In this document: piece after piece, positions 9,572-18,708 of the stretch
How the letters are laid out: the number at the start of each line of letters is the position of its first letter
Numbering within the stretch: the stretch's first letter is position 1
Made by a program: the position numbers and the translations under genes
Assembly: GCA_963674865.2 (NCBI GenBank)
Contig: CAXXYE010000009.1
Span: forward strand, 928,001 to 992,000
DNA: 64,000 nucleotides
From: Candidatus Hydrogenedentota bacterium
GTDB lineage: Bacteria > Hydrogenedentota > Hydrogenedentia > Hydrogenedentales > SLHB01
Reading direction: 5' to 3'
The notes under the pieces: model-generated
What the model was told of the DNA's origin: nothing
The model's database searches: none
Seen by the model: only the letters and a program-made list of their open reading frames with translations

Positions 9572-10528
9572 CTATTCCTCAAGCTGACGTATCGCAAATT
9601 CACATATCTCATCCATTGCTCTCTTGGCCTCTGGGAACAACGGCGCTAGCAGTGGAAAGGCATGGATCATCTTAGGCCACTTGCTGAGTGTTACGTCCAC
9701 GCCGTGTTCCCTGGCCCGATTGGCCACGTTGACGCAGTCATCCAGATGGATTTCGTGAGTTCCGACGCATAGGAAGAGCGGCGGGAGCCCCTCGTAGTTG
9801 CCCATCAGCGGCGATAACAACGGCGACGTCGGATCATTATCTCCTATGTAGTGCCTTGTCCAGATATGCCAAGAGCCCATGGGCGCGATGTCGTTCCCAG
9901 CATTGGTCTTAAACGACTCTGCCAAGCATCGCAAGTCCGTCACGGGAGAAATGGAGAATGCCGCCTTGGGCAGGCTGAGGCCTCTTTCTTTCAGGGCGAG
10001 CAGCAATGACAGCGTCAGTGTGCCGCCGGCGGATTCGCCGCCAACCACGATGTCATTGTTGTCATAGCCTTGCTTCAACAGCCATTCATACACATCGACG
10101 CAATCCTCGAGTGCGGCGGGAAATGGGTGTTCCGGAGCCAGCCTGTAGTCAAATACCAGCGACTTCAGCCGTGCCTTCTTCGCGAACTTGGCAACGTGCA
10201 TGCGGTGTGTATGGCAGGAGCCGGAAATGAAGCCGCCCCCGTGGATGTACAACAGGGCCTTACCTTCCAGCGGCTGCTCCGGCGTTATCCACTCTGCCTG
10301 AATATCGCCGATTCGTATTCTCTCTACGCCGACATCCTTCGGCATCTCTATCTTGGCTGTAGCTCGATCGACATCCGCTCTGAACTTGGCGACAGAGAAA
10401 CTGTCATCAACCACTTCGGCCTTCAGCCTCATCTTGAGCAGATGCCGGTTCCTTATCAGCCAGATGACTAGTTTGCTTCTAATACTTTGCATATGCGGTA
10501 CGCCTTTGGCGTGCCTCCGGTGGGGCAT
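9572..10528 (-). CDS. HSL-family alpha/beta hydrolase (esterase/lipase)
   Basis: HGGGF, DYRLAPEHPFPAALED, GESAGG, MIHAF; AAGGAG RBS before ATG 10528 (alternative ATG 10492). Confidence 0.9.
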   Translation of the reverse strand: MPHRRHAKGVPHMQSIRSKLVIWLIRNRHLLKMRLKAEVVDDSFSVAKFRADVDRATAKIEMPKDVGVERIRIGDIQAEWITPEQPLEGKALLYIHGGGFISGSCHTHRMHVAKFAKKARLKSLVFDYRLAPEHPFPAALEDCVDVYEWLLKQGYDNNDIVVGGESAGGTLTLSLLLALKERGLSLPKAAFSISPVTDLRCLAESFKTNAGNDIAPMGSWHIWTRHYIGDNDPTSPLLSPLMGNYEGLPPLFLCVGTHEIHLDDCVNVANRAREHGVDVTLSKWPKMIHAFPLLAPLFPEAKRAMDEICEFAIRQLEE

Positions 10529-10586
10529 ACTACTCCTTCGTCGCCTTTCGGCTGATGCTTCGGCGCCGGCACCTACGGCACGGGAC

Positions 10587-10850
10587 TCACGGCTGGATGA
10601 CTGTCGATGATGGATGGGCGCTCGAAGCTGAACCGCCCAAGGCACCGGAGGCTCCGAGGACAAAGCCGAAATCGTACCAGCGGCCGCTGTTGTTCTTTTC
10701 GTATATGCGCACATTCGCGTTGAAGAGGCTGACAATGAATGTGATCGGGAGAATCAGCCCATGCCAAAGTCCCGCGAGAAATCCCGCGGGTGCGGCGCCC
10801 GGCTGCTGGTATTTTGAGTTTGGGCCTGCGACGGATAGCGCATTGGCCAT
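10587..10850 (-). CDS. Small membrane protein of conserved-hypothetical type
   Basis: PAGFLAGLWHG...IYEKNNSGRWYDFGFVLG; GAAGGAG RBS upstream. Confidence 0.7.
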   Translation of the reverse strand: MANALSVAGPNSKYQQPGAAPAGFLAGLWHGLILPITFIVSLFNANVRIYEKNNSGRWYDFGFVLGASGALGGSASSAHPSSTVIQP

Positions 10851-10885
10851 GCCGTTGTTTCTCCTTCCATCAATGATTCTTCACT

Positions 10886-10928
10886 CGGGAACACCTAAGC
10901 TCGCCGAGCCCGCAAAGCCGTGTCAGAT
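10886..10928 (-). other. Possible degenerate attC
   Basis: Minus strand ATCTGAC...GGCGAGCTTAGGT-GTTCCCG between two small ORFs; the right half resembles an attC L'-R', but pairing is poor. Confidence 0.3.
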
Positions 10929-10944
10929 GGTGTGAGCGGCGCGC

Positions 10945-11157
10945 TCAATTATCAAGAGCATCGATGCGATTTCGTATGATAAGTGCTATTGAGATAATGG
11001 CAAGTGCCGCCATGGCCTCGAAGCGATGGCCGCCGAAATAGTCGGCCGCCAATGCAATTGCGCCCAGAATGAGGCAAATAAGCGGGAATAGCCGTCTTCC
11101 GTAAGAGAATGACATCCATAAGCCGACAATCCACACCGCAAGTGGAATGAAGTGCAT
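10945..11157 (-). CDS. Small membrane protein (3 predicted TM segments), cassette-like
   Basis: 70-aa hydrophobic ORF co-oriented with the array, between attC-like sites. Confidence 0.55.
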   Translation of the reverse strand: MHFIPLAVWIVGLWMSFSYGRRLFPLICLILGAIALAADYFGGHRFEAMAALAIISIALIIRNRIDALDN

Positions 11158-11178
11158 AGCGTTATGTCCCCATAAGGC

Positions 11179-11228
11179 CCGGTACTCGGCGCATCAGCGG
11201 CTTGGGGCCGCTGGATAACGCCTTGGAT
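11179..11228 (-). other. Degenerate attC of the GNAT cassette
   Basis: Minus strand ATCCAAG-GCGTT-ATCCAGCGG-CCCCAAG-CCGCTGATG-CGCCGA-GTACCGG; L boxes pair with an extra base; R'' core TCCAA is complementary to the cassette start GTTGGAG. Confidence 0.6.
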
Positions 11229-11239
11229 AACCACCCATG

Positions 11240-11926
11240 CTACGCGGAAGTGAGATCCTTTACAAAAACGTGCTCCACAACCATTTGCCAGCGCGAGCCG
11301 TCGTGAAGCCGCCAGCGGAATGTACCTATCTCTGTCAGTCCGGTCTTTCGATAGAAGGCGACTCCTTTGTCATGATAGGACGAAGCATAGAGGTGAAAGC
11401 CGGGCACCTGACGATTCTGCAGATAGGCGGTGTAGGCTGTCATCAGGGCCGTTCCAACGCCTCGCCGCTGCCACTCGGGCGCGACACCCATGTGGAGATG
11501 CGCCGGGAAGCGCTGCAGAGCGACCTCCGGGCGCGGGTCTATGGGCGCTGCCCGATCTGTCCGGACGATGGGCAGTAGCCACGTGGGAACACCGTACGCC
11601 CCGGACAGCAACTTCCTTCGGCGGAGTCTTCGGATGTGCGTGGCCTCGCGTCTTTCTGCAACGGTGGTGTCGACAGCGCCGAACAAATTGCCGATGATCT
11701 TCTTGTTCTCCTCGGCCACGAAGCAGCTTTCCGGTTCCAGGTCGTAGTAGTGGGACAAGCCATCGGCAAAGTACGCCTTCATGCGCGGATGGCCGCGCAC
11801 GAGTCCGGCGTGCAATCCGAACTCATCCGGCTCCGCGCCGAGCAAACGAGCGCGAAGGGCGGGCCGATCAGAGCGCTCGTATGGGCGCACCGCAAAAGCC
11901 CTGTTCCCCACATCAGTGACGGCCAT
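11240..11926 (-). CDS. GNAT family N-acetyltransferase (cassette)
   Basis: AHLHMGVAPEWQRRGVGTALM acetyl-CoA motif A; AFYRKTG motif B. Confidence 0.9.
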   Translation of the reverse strand: MAVTDVGNRAFAVRPYERSDRPALRARLLGAEPDEFGLHAGLVRGHPRMKAYFADGLSHYYDLEPESCFVAEENKKIIGNLFGAVDTTVAERREATHIRRLRRRKLLSGAYGVPTWLLPIVRTDRAAPIDPRPEVALQRFPAHLHMGVAPEWQRRGVGTALMTAYTAYLQNRQVPGFHLYASSYHDKGVAFYRKTGLTEIGTFRWRLHDGSRWQMVVEHVFVKDLTSA

Positions 11927-11946
11927 CCGTCAGTCCCGCCCTCTTG

Positions 11947-12003
11947 CTCCAACACCACCCATCAGGCGCGGCTATTGGACACTGCATGAATGGAGCGTTA
12001 GCC
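11947..12003 (-). other. Integron attC-like site
   Basis: Minus strand GGCTAAC-GCTCC-ATTCATGC...GCCTGAT-GGGTGGT-GTTGGAG; intact AAC and GTT cores. Confidence 0.8.
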
Positions 12004-12004
12004 G

Positions 12005-12076
12005 CTACACGTTGCGTAGGCGATGTCCGACTTCTTTCAGAGTCTCTACGTCTTCGGGATGTATGGAGCCATCCGG
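12005..12076 (-). pseudogene. 3' remnant of the GH29 fucosidase gene
   Basis: Encodes PDGSIHPEDVETLKEVGHRLRNV*, nearly identical to the end of 13720-14817. Confidence 0.9.
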
Positions 12077-12316
12077 TGGGCTGTTCCCTTGCGGCACGAG
12101 GCCGTTTAGAGGGCATGGCCGAAGCAACGTGACGCACGGCGGCTGCCCGGACGCCCTCCTTCTGAAATACCCGTTCGGAAGATGGTATGTTCTGTGGCCT
12201 CTTCGTGCAAGCGAGGTAGGTGTTTGGTGCGGCAGCGATTCCATTTCCCATTGCCGGTGTTGCCATCACGGGCCGAAACAGAGCGCAGTGCCGCCTCTGC
12301 CCAGAGGATGGGAGGT

Positions 12317-13159
12317 CTAGTCAACGGCGAGGCCCTCTTGGGGAATAACTTCTATCACGGCCTCGTCATTTGTGAACATGTCCTTGCGGTTCCACCAAAC
12401 GACGTGGGCTGCAACAACCATCAGCAGGTATGTGTCGTAGGGCTGCGCGTCCGGGAAGATCGGGTTCATGAGCGAGAAGTGGAAGAAGGCCGACAACAGG
12501 ATGCTGCCGCCCGATTTGTTGAACAGCGCAGCTGCAATAACGCTTATCGCCAAGCACCCAGCGAAGAACGCAATGAACGACCACTCGCTCTGCTGGGTTC
12601 CGCTCAACAGGAAGGCCGGCAGGTGCCATAGCCCCCATATGACGCCAAGCATCAGCCCGGCCCAGATGGGAGCAAACTTCCTTTGGAGAAGGGGGAGTGC
12701 GAGGCCGCGCCAGCCGAACTCCTCGACCGGGCCCTTGATTGCGGCCAAGGCCAACGCTATGAGCAGAGCCCGACAAGACGCAAATGGAAACGGTTCCGTG
12801 AGCAAGTTTCCTCTGATCGCGGAACCGCCAATGAAGATCAATGGAATACCGACGATGATAAAGGCATACCAGAGCAAGCTGCAGCGCCAGAGCAATGCGC
12901 GCCCTAGGAAGCGCCGCAGGCCCGCGAGGCCACCGTCGCGGACAACAAGAGTGAACGCCGCGATTGCGGGCGCGTAGACGGCGAGGAAGAAGAGCGGATG
13001 GTTGCCGGTGAGTTGGCCAAACAACGTTCCCATGGCTCTTGGAAGAAAGATGTACAATCCAAGGATTCCCCAGGCCAAGCCGAACGAAATGCAGAAAAAC
13101 GGAAGCAATGAACGTAAAGGAACGCTGCATTCATCACGCAATGACGTGGTTGCGGGCAT
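12317..13159 (-). CDS. CPBP (CAAX/Abi, PF02517-type) intramembrane glutamic endopeptidase
   Basis: EEFGWRG, IWGLWHLP and AFFH motifs; multiple TM helices. Confidence 0.9.
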   Translation of the reverse strand: MPATTSLRDECSVPLRSLLPFFCISFGLAWGILGLYIFLPRAMGTLFGQLTGNHPLFFLAVYAPAIAAFTLVVRDGGLAGLRRFLGRALLWRCSLLWYAFIIVGIPLIFIGGSAIRGNLLTEPFPFASCRALLIALALAAIKGPVEEFGWRGLALPLLQRKFAPIWAGLMLGVIWGLWHLPAFLLSGTQQSEWSFIAFFAGCLAISVIAAALFNKSGGSILLSAFFHFSLMNPIFPDAQPYDTYLLMVVAAHVVWWNRKDMFTNDEAVIEVIPQEGLAVD

Positions 13160-13335
13160 GTTCTTTATCCTTGTCTAGAGGTCTCCGAAAACCAACCGTG
13201 AACGACATGCTGTTCCCAAAGATGGCTGTCTGGAGCGGGCCTCTCGGGTCGCCGGTCGACAGGATGTGCGCAAGCCAGCTTGGATATCAGCTCAGCCGTG
13301 GGTTCTTTCAGTGCTTTGGGGGATCTCACCAAGCG

Positions 13336-13641
13336 CTATCCTAATGTTCTCAACGAGACTTCGCATCTTTCCATAACGGTGGTGTCCACAGCGCCAAACA
13401 AGTTGCCGATGATCCTGTCGTTCGCGTCAGCCACGAAGGAGCTTTCCGGTTCAAGGTCGTAGTAGTGCGAGAAGCCATCGGCGAAGAACACCTTTATGCG
13501 CGGATGGCGGCGCACGAGTCCGGCGTGTAATCCGAACTCATCCGGCTCCGCGCCGAGCAAACGAGCGCGAAGGGCGGGCCGATCAGAGCGCTCGTATGGG
13601 CGCACCGCAAAAGCCCTGTTCCCCACATCAGTGACGGCCAT
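13336..13641 (-). pseudogene. Truncated GNAT paralog (N-terminal part only)
   Basis: First ~90 aa homologous to 11240-11926, then diverges and stops; no motif A. Confidence 0.85.
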
Positions 13642-13791
13642 CCGTCAGTCCCGCCCTCTTGCTCCAACACCACCCATCAGGCGCGGCTATTGGACACTGC
13701 ATGAATGGAGCGTTAGCCGCTACACGCTGCGTAGGCGATGTCCGACTTCTTTCAGAGTCTCTACGTCTTCGGGATGTATGGAGCCATCCGG
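13366..13791. repeat. Direct repeat, copy 2
   Basis: See 11651-12076. Confidence 0.95.
13662..13718 (-). other. Integron attC-like site of the fucosidase cassette
   Basis: Identical to 11947-12003; begins 1 bp after the fucosidase stop codon. Confidence 0.8.
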
Positions 13792-14817
13792 AAGCGGACC
13801 GGTGTTCAGAAGCAGGTTTGCGTTGATCTCCTTCGCCTTCCGGAGCATCTCCATCACCTGATCCGCCGACTTATGCTTGCCGTCGTCTTCCTTGATGTAG
13901 CCCCATCCCCGCGGCTGTAAGGTATCGCAGATCTCCAAGGGCACATCCGATCTGCCCTTCCAGTGGCGTTCGGGGGCCTTGAAATCCTCGGTTCCGAGCA
14001 GGCCCTGCTTGTACGACACCAATACCTGCGGTTGCAGGGCGTGAATGTGATCGTAGAGTTCCTGGCATTTGAAGAGGTGAATCTTGTCCTCGCGGGATGC
14101 CGGTGTGGCGATGCCGTCCAGCCAGATGGTGGCGATCGGCCCGTAGTTGGTAAGTAACTCGGTGATCTGATTCTTCATGAACTCGACGTAGATCTGGAGG
14201 TCATGTTCCTCGCCGTACTTGTAGAGCGTCTCGGGAGGATCGTATTCCGGCCTCGCCGAGCCCCCCCAGTTCTCGTTGTTCGGCGCATGGGGATGCCGCC
14301 AGTCGCGTCCGTGAGAGTAGTAGAGGCAGAATCCGAGGCCCTTTCCCCGGCATTGTTCACCAAGTTCGCCGACTAAATCCCTTTTTGCCGGCGTATTCGT
14401 GCACTTGAAGTCCGTGTACTTCGAGTCGAAGAGGCAGAAGCTGTCATGGTGTCGCGTCGTGAGATTCACGTATTTCATCCCGGCATCGAGGGCCATATCC
14501 GTGATGAAGTCAGCGTCGAACTTCTCCGCGGAAAAGCGCTCCGCGAGCTTCTCGTACGCTCTTACAGGGATCTTCTCCCTCAACTGCACCCATTCGTGGC
14601 GTCCGAGCAGGGAATAGAGTCCGTAATGCATGAACAGGCCGAATCCGGCGTTGCGAAACCATTCTGCGGCGGCTTTGCGCGGGGCTGTCTTGTACAATCC
14701 GGCAACGTCTTTCAGGTAGGAAGGCGCGGCGTCATTGGTTTCCCCGAAGGCGGCGGCTCCGAGGGCGGCAGCGCCTGTGCAGACAAGGCTCGTCTTCATG
14801 AATTCTCGACGCTCCAT
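13720..14817 (-). CDS. Alpha-L-fucosidase (GH29), Tat signal peptide
   Basis: MERREFMK twin-arginine leader; FGLFMHYGLYS, TTRHHDSF, IWLDG, NLLLNTGPLPDGSI. Confidence 0.9.
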   Translation of the reverse strand: MERREFMKTSLVCTGAAALGAAAFGETNDAAPSYLKDVAGLYKTAPRKAAAEWFRNAGFGLFMHYGLYSLLGRHEWVQLREKIPVRAYEKLAERFSAEKFDADFITDMALDAGMKYVNLTTRHHDSFCLFDSKYTDFKCTNTPAKRDLVGELGEQCRGKGLGFCLYYSHGRDWRHPHAPNNENWGGSARPEYDPPETLYKYGEEHDLQIYVEFMKNQITELLTNYGPIATIWLDGIATPASREDKIHLFKCQELYDHIHALQPQVLVSYKQGLLGTEDFKAPERHWKGRSDVPLEICDTLQPRGWGYIKEDDGKHKSADQVMEMLRKAKEINANLLLNTGPLPDGSIHPEDVETLKEVGHRLRSV

Positions 14818-14848
14818 CACGGTGTTCCTACTGCTTGTCGCTTTGCTC

Positions 14849-14905
14849 AGCCAACGGGCCGCGGATGAGCGGCGCAAAGCGACCGATTCAATCCGCTGGT
14901 TAGTA
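14849..14905 (-). other. Integron attC-like site
   Basis: Minus strand TACTAAC-CAGCG-GATTGAATCGG...CCGCTCATCC-GCGGCCC-GTTGGCT; the TAA stop of the upstream ORF lies inside R'', as is typical of cassettes. Confidence 0.8.
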
Positions 14906-15910
14906 GCAATCAGGATTCTTGGCTTTGAGAACATCCCCTAGTTCTGGTGCGAATTGCTTCAGGCGGCTGCGCGTTAGTACTTGTGAAGCGCCCAGCCGCT
15001 GAATGAGCTCATTCTTGTCCCGCCTGTTTTGCCAGCATGACAGAAGGTATCTGGCTTGTCCGTACGCATTCAAGGTTCGGCCTTTCCCCTCCAGAAGCCG
15101 GAACAATCGCTCCGCAACCAGGAATTGCTCTGCCGCTTTGAACGCACAGGCCGCATTCGTGGCTGCAATATAGACTGCTGCACGGGGCCTGTCTGCATTC
15201 AGTTGTTCCCAACTGCCTAATAGGGACGGTTCCGACGCAGTATCCTCTAGATCACCTGAGCGGGAAAGGCAATGATCCAGTCTTTCCTGAAGCTCTTGTC
15301 CTATTCTAGCCATATCTTCTGTTCGATCCGTAGCCTTACAGAACTCAAGGAAGAGAGTCATGTGCGTTATTGCCGCAAATTCACCGTTGTGCCATGACGG
15401 ATCTTCGGCGAGCAGCGTCTCCATGGCATTGAGTGCTGTCTCCGCCCGAGCGAACTGCCGAAAGCGAATACATGCACATGCGTTCGCTCTGTGCGATTCG
15501 AACCGGACAGTCCGATTCTGGGCTACCAGCGGCGACTGGCTGTTAGCGAATTCATAGCAGTCCCGCCAGAACTCCAGAAATCCACCATCAATCAAAGTCA
15601 GTGCCTGAGTGGCATCAGAGACGATCCAATGAAGACGGAGCGGGAAGAGGTTATCCTTGCTCCATTCGTGAAACTCTGAATGACACTTGTACTGGCTCTT
15701 CGCATCCCTCAGCAGGGCATATCGATCACAGAGATTCCAGAGAATCCAACCGGTATCATCAACTGACAGATTTGCCCTCGCCCGGAGATCTACGAGGAGA
15801 TCGATGATGCATTGTGAATGAGCGCGTTCGTTGAGTAGCCTGCGAAACGTGTTCTTCGCTTCGTCAAGAGTTGGGTGCAATGCCATCTCCTTGTATCTTC
15901 GAGCCCTCAT
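14900..15910 (-). CDS. Hypothetical alpha-helical protein (first cassette)
   Basis: ORF of more than 320 aa, visibly less GC-rich than the flanks, stop inside attC R''. Start uncertain (15886, 15910 or further upstream). Confidence 0.7.
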   Translation of the reverse strand: MRARRYKEMALHPTLDEAKNTFRRLLNERAHSQCIIDLLVDLRARANLSVDDTGWILWNLCDRYALLRDAKSQYKCHSEFHEWSKDNLFPLRLHWIVSDATQALTLIDGGFLEFWRDCYEFANSQSPLVAQNRTVRFESHRANACACIRFRQFARAETALNAMETLLAEDPSWHNGEFAAITHMTLFLEFCKATDRTEDMARIGQELQERLDHCLSRSGDLEDTASEPSLLGSWEQLNADRPRAAVYIAATNAACAFKAAEQFLVAERLFRLLEGKGRTLNAYGQARYLLSCWQNRRDKNELIQRLGASQVLTRSRLKQFAPELGDVLKAKNPDCY

Positions 15911-16003
15911 AAGCTCTGTCCGGAGCGGCTTCACGGAGTGCGGCATGCTCACAAATACAAGCCCCCGCGGCCACTGCATGAGTTCGATGCCTTTACGGGG
16001 AAT

Positions 16004-16012
16004 AGTATAGCA
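16004..16012 (-). promoter_or_regulatory. Putative extended -10 promoter facing the cassette array
   Basis: TGCTATACT (TGn-TATACT) on the minus strand; no good -35. Confidence 0.35.
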
Positions 16013-16303
16013 CAGAGGCTCTGGCCTGGAGTTCCAAGTGTATGGCCTTTGGAACGCCTCAGCACTGAACGAGGGCCTTCATGGAAACGCTGACGTGTCC
16101 CTTCGAGAGCGTCTAGCCGGGAGGGACGCGCTCCTGCGCGTCCGTGGTCGAGTGGGAGCACCATCCTCCCATGGCATCGAATAGGCCACCGAGCCTATGA
16201 AGGGGGCTGTTGAACGTTTAGTAGACAGGGAGACTGAGAATTCCCGTACAAGCGTGGTAGGATAACGCCTGACAGCCGCAGAACAACCAAGAGAAGGGCA
16301 AAC

Positions 16304-18058
16304 ATGAGCGAAAAGGCCGTGTCCGGAAGCCGGAAACCGAATGTCATTCTCGTTATCACCGATGATCAAGGCTACGGCGATCTAGGCTGTACGGGGAATC
16401 CGTGGATACAGACGCCGAATATCGACGCGTTCCATGACGCGGGCGTCCGGTTTGGGGATTTCCACGTCTCGCCGCTGTGCACGCCGACGCGCGGCGCGTT
16501 AATGTCGGGCCGCCGCCCCATTCGCAACGGCGCGTGGGCAACGACCTGGGGCCGCTCGATGCTCCGGCGCTCGGAAACCACCATGGCCGACGTGTTTCAG
16601 GCCAATGGGTACCGCACGGGCATGTTCGGCAAGTGGCACTTGGGCGACAACTATCCGTATCGCCCTCAGGATAGAGGATTCTCCCACGTTGTGGCGCACA
16701 AGGGGGGCGGCGTCGGGCAGACGCCCGATTTCTGGGGCAATAACTACTTCGACGACACGTATTTCCACAACGGCGCGCCGGTATCGCACGAGGGATACTG
16801 CACGGATGTCTGGTTTGAAGAGGCCATGAAGTTCATCGACACCTGCGGCGAGCAGCCGTTCTTCGCCTACGTCGCCACCAATGCGCCCCATGCGCCGTTC
16901 TTCGTCGCGGGGCGGTATCGGGCGCTGTATCAGGATGAACAGGCCATACCCGAGCCCGCGTTCTACGGTATGATCACGAACATCGATGAGAACTTCGGCC
17001 GTTTGCGCGCATATCTCGAAGAAAAGGGCATCGCCGATAACACGATCCTCATCTTCATGACGGATAACGGAAGCGCCGGGGGATGCCTCTTGGATGAGCA
17101 TGAGTTCCTTTCCGCCGGATACAACGCCGGGATGCGGGGCAGGAAGGCTTCATACTACGACGGCGGGCACCGGGTGCCCTTCTTCATACGTTGGCCGGGC
17201 GGGGGATTGGAAGGGCCGCGCGATATCGAGGAAATGGCCCTGCACATCGACCTCCTACCGACGCTCATCGATCTGTGTGAACTCACGCCGCCCGATGATG
17301 CGGCCTTTGACGGCACGAGTCTGGCGCCGTTGCTCCGGGGCGCATGCGATAGCTTGCCCGGCGATAGAATCCAGTTCCTGCAATACCGCCAGCACACCGA
17401 TCCGCCGGAGAAGTGGTTCAACGCCGTCATGACGCGCCAGTGGCGCTTGGTAAAGGGCAGCGAGCTATACGATATAAAGGACGATCCGGCGCAGCGAAAT
17501 GATGTATCCGCCGATCATCCGGATGTCGTGGCGCGTTTGCGAGCCGCGCACGAGCAGTGGTGGGCGGAAGTGGAGCCCGGCCTCCGGGAGTACTGCCCCA
17601 TCTCACTCGGCAACGATGCGGAGAATCCGACGCGGCTGAACGCCATGGACGTTATGGGAGATGTCGCTTGGCACCAGAGCCACATCGCCCGGGCGCAAGA
17701 GAGCACGGGCTGCTGGAACGTGGACGTGGAGCAGGCGGGCAGATACCGATTCACGCTGCGCAGGTGGCCCAAGGAACTGGGCCTGCCTATCGATGCCAAC
17801 ATATCCGATGAGGAGGCGCAGCAACTCACCTTCGCGCGCGAGGATGCCTCCGGCAATACCATCCATCCCGTCAGCGCCAGGATTGGACTGTTCGACTGGG
17901 AGCAGACGCAATCCATCGAGCCGGGAGACACCACCGTGGTGTTCGAGTGCGATGTGGCGCAAACCGGCGTCACGCGGCTTGACGCGTGGTTTGCGGACGA
18001 AGATGGCCATGAACGCGGCGCCTACTATGTCTACGTGGAGCGGCTTGCAGATGAATAA
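16304..18058 (+). CDS. Arylsulfatase (S1 family)
   Basis: DDQGYGD, CTPTR formylglycine motif, GKWHLG, TDNG. Confidence 0.95.
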   Translation: MSEKAVSGSRKPNVILVITDDQGYGDLGCTGNPWIQTPNIDAFHDAGVRFGDFHVSPLCTPTRGALMSGRRPIRNGAWATTWGRSMLRRSETTMADVFQANGYRTGMFGKWHLGDNYPYRPQDRGFSHVVAHKGGGVGQTPDFWGNNYFDDTYFHNGAPVSHEGYCTDVWFEEAMKFIDTCGEQPFFAYVATNAPHAPFFVAGRYRALYQDEQAIPEPAFYGMITNIDENFGRLRAYLEEKGIADNTILIFMTDNGSAGGCLLDEHEFLSAGYNAGMRGRKASYYDGGHRVPFFIRWPGGGLEGPRDIEEMALHIDLLPTLIDLCELTPPDDAAFDGTSLAPLLRGACDSLPGDRIQFLQYRQHTDPPEKWFNAVMTRQWRLVKGSELYDIKDDPAQRNDVSADHPDVVARLRAAHEQWWAEVEPGLREYCPISLGNDAENPTRLNAMDVMGDVAWHQSHIARAQESTGCWNVDVEQAGRYRFTLRRWPKELGLPIDANISDEEAQQLTFAREDASGNTIHPVSARIGLFDWEQTQSIEPGDTTVVFECDVAQTGVTRLDAWFADEDGHERGAYYVYVERLADE

Positions 18059-18536
18059 GAGCATCACGTTTGAGCCGATAGGAGTCATCCATTCGCCCTT
18101 CACGAAGCTGGAAGGGATGCCGATTCAACCGGCGTGGGCGGCGGGCGTCAAAGGCGCCGTCGAGGTGTTTCCGGAGTATGCGGACGGCCTGAAGGATCTG
18201 GACGGATTCTCGCACATCGTGCTGCTGTACCATTTCCACCGTTCCAAGGGGCACCGTCTGCGTGTTGTTCCGTTCATGGACGCGGTTGAGCGCGGCCTGT
18301 TCGCCACGCGCGCGCCGAAGCGTCCCAATGCCATTGGCCTGTCCGTCGTCCGGCTCCGCAAGGTCGAAGGGCGTGTCTTGCACATCGAGAATGTGGACAT
18401 CCTCGACGGCACGCCGCTGCTCGATATCAAGCCTTATGTGCCGGCGTTCGACAAGGCGACGCGCGTGCGGACGGGCTGGCTCGAGAAGGCGCGGAAAACG
18501 GTGACGCGTAAGCGCTCGGATCAGCGGTTCACATAG
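18051..18536 (+). CDS. tsaA: tRNA m6t6A37 methyltransferase TrmO (TsaA/YaeB)
   Basis: PIGVIHSPF, GLFATRAPKRPNAIGLS, DILDGTPLLDIKPY. Confidence 0.9.
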   Translation: MNKSITFEPIGVIHSPFTKLEGMPIQPAWAAGVKGAVEVFPEYADGLKDLDGFSHIVLLYHFHRSKGHRLRVVPFMDAVERGLFATRAPKRPNAIGLSVVRLRKVEGRVLHIENVDILDGTPLLDIKPYVPAFDKATRVRTGWLEKARKTVTRKRSDQRFT

Positions 18537-18708
18537 GCACGGTAGGAGCCGGCGGATGACCTCCGGCGGCCGGCTCGCCGATCTAGCGGTGTCCTCGGCA
18601 ACACGGTTGTCCCCTTCGCGCGGTGATTTCCGCGCGGGGGCGAATTGTCATACAATGGGCCGGGCGAGTCGGACTTGGACAGTGTGATTAAGAGGGTGCC
18701 TGTCGCGC

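Larger units (their letters stand above)
11651..12076. repeat. Direct repeat, copy 1 (GNAT 5' part + attC + fucosidase 3' end)
   Basis: Matches 13366-13791 at an offset of 1715 bp; 11814-12076 vs 13529-13791 differ at one base. Confidence 0.95.

Noticed and set aside
11651..13791. Duplicated segment as a DGR template/variable repeat pair served by the RT
   Set aside because: Mismatches are not adenine-specific and many are synonymous; the RT has PQG rather than a DGR-type signature; no avd-like gene is adjacent.
18537..18708. Fluoride riboswitch upstream of crcB
   Set aside because: The GGnGAUGGnGUUCnCC...GCUGAUGAC consensus is not present on either strand; there is only a GTAGGAGCCGG..CCGGCTC hairpin.
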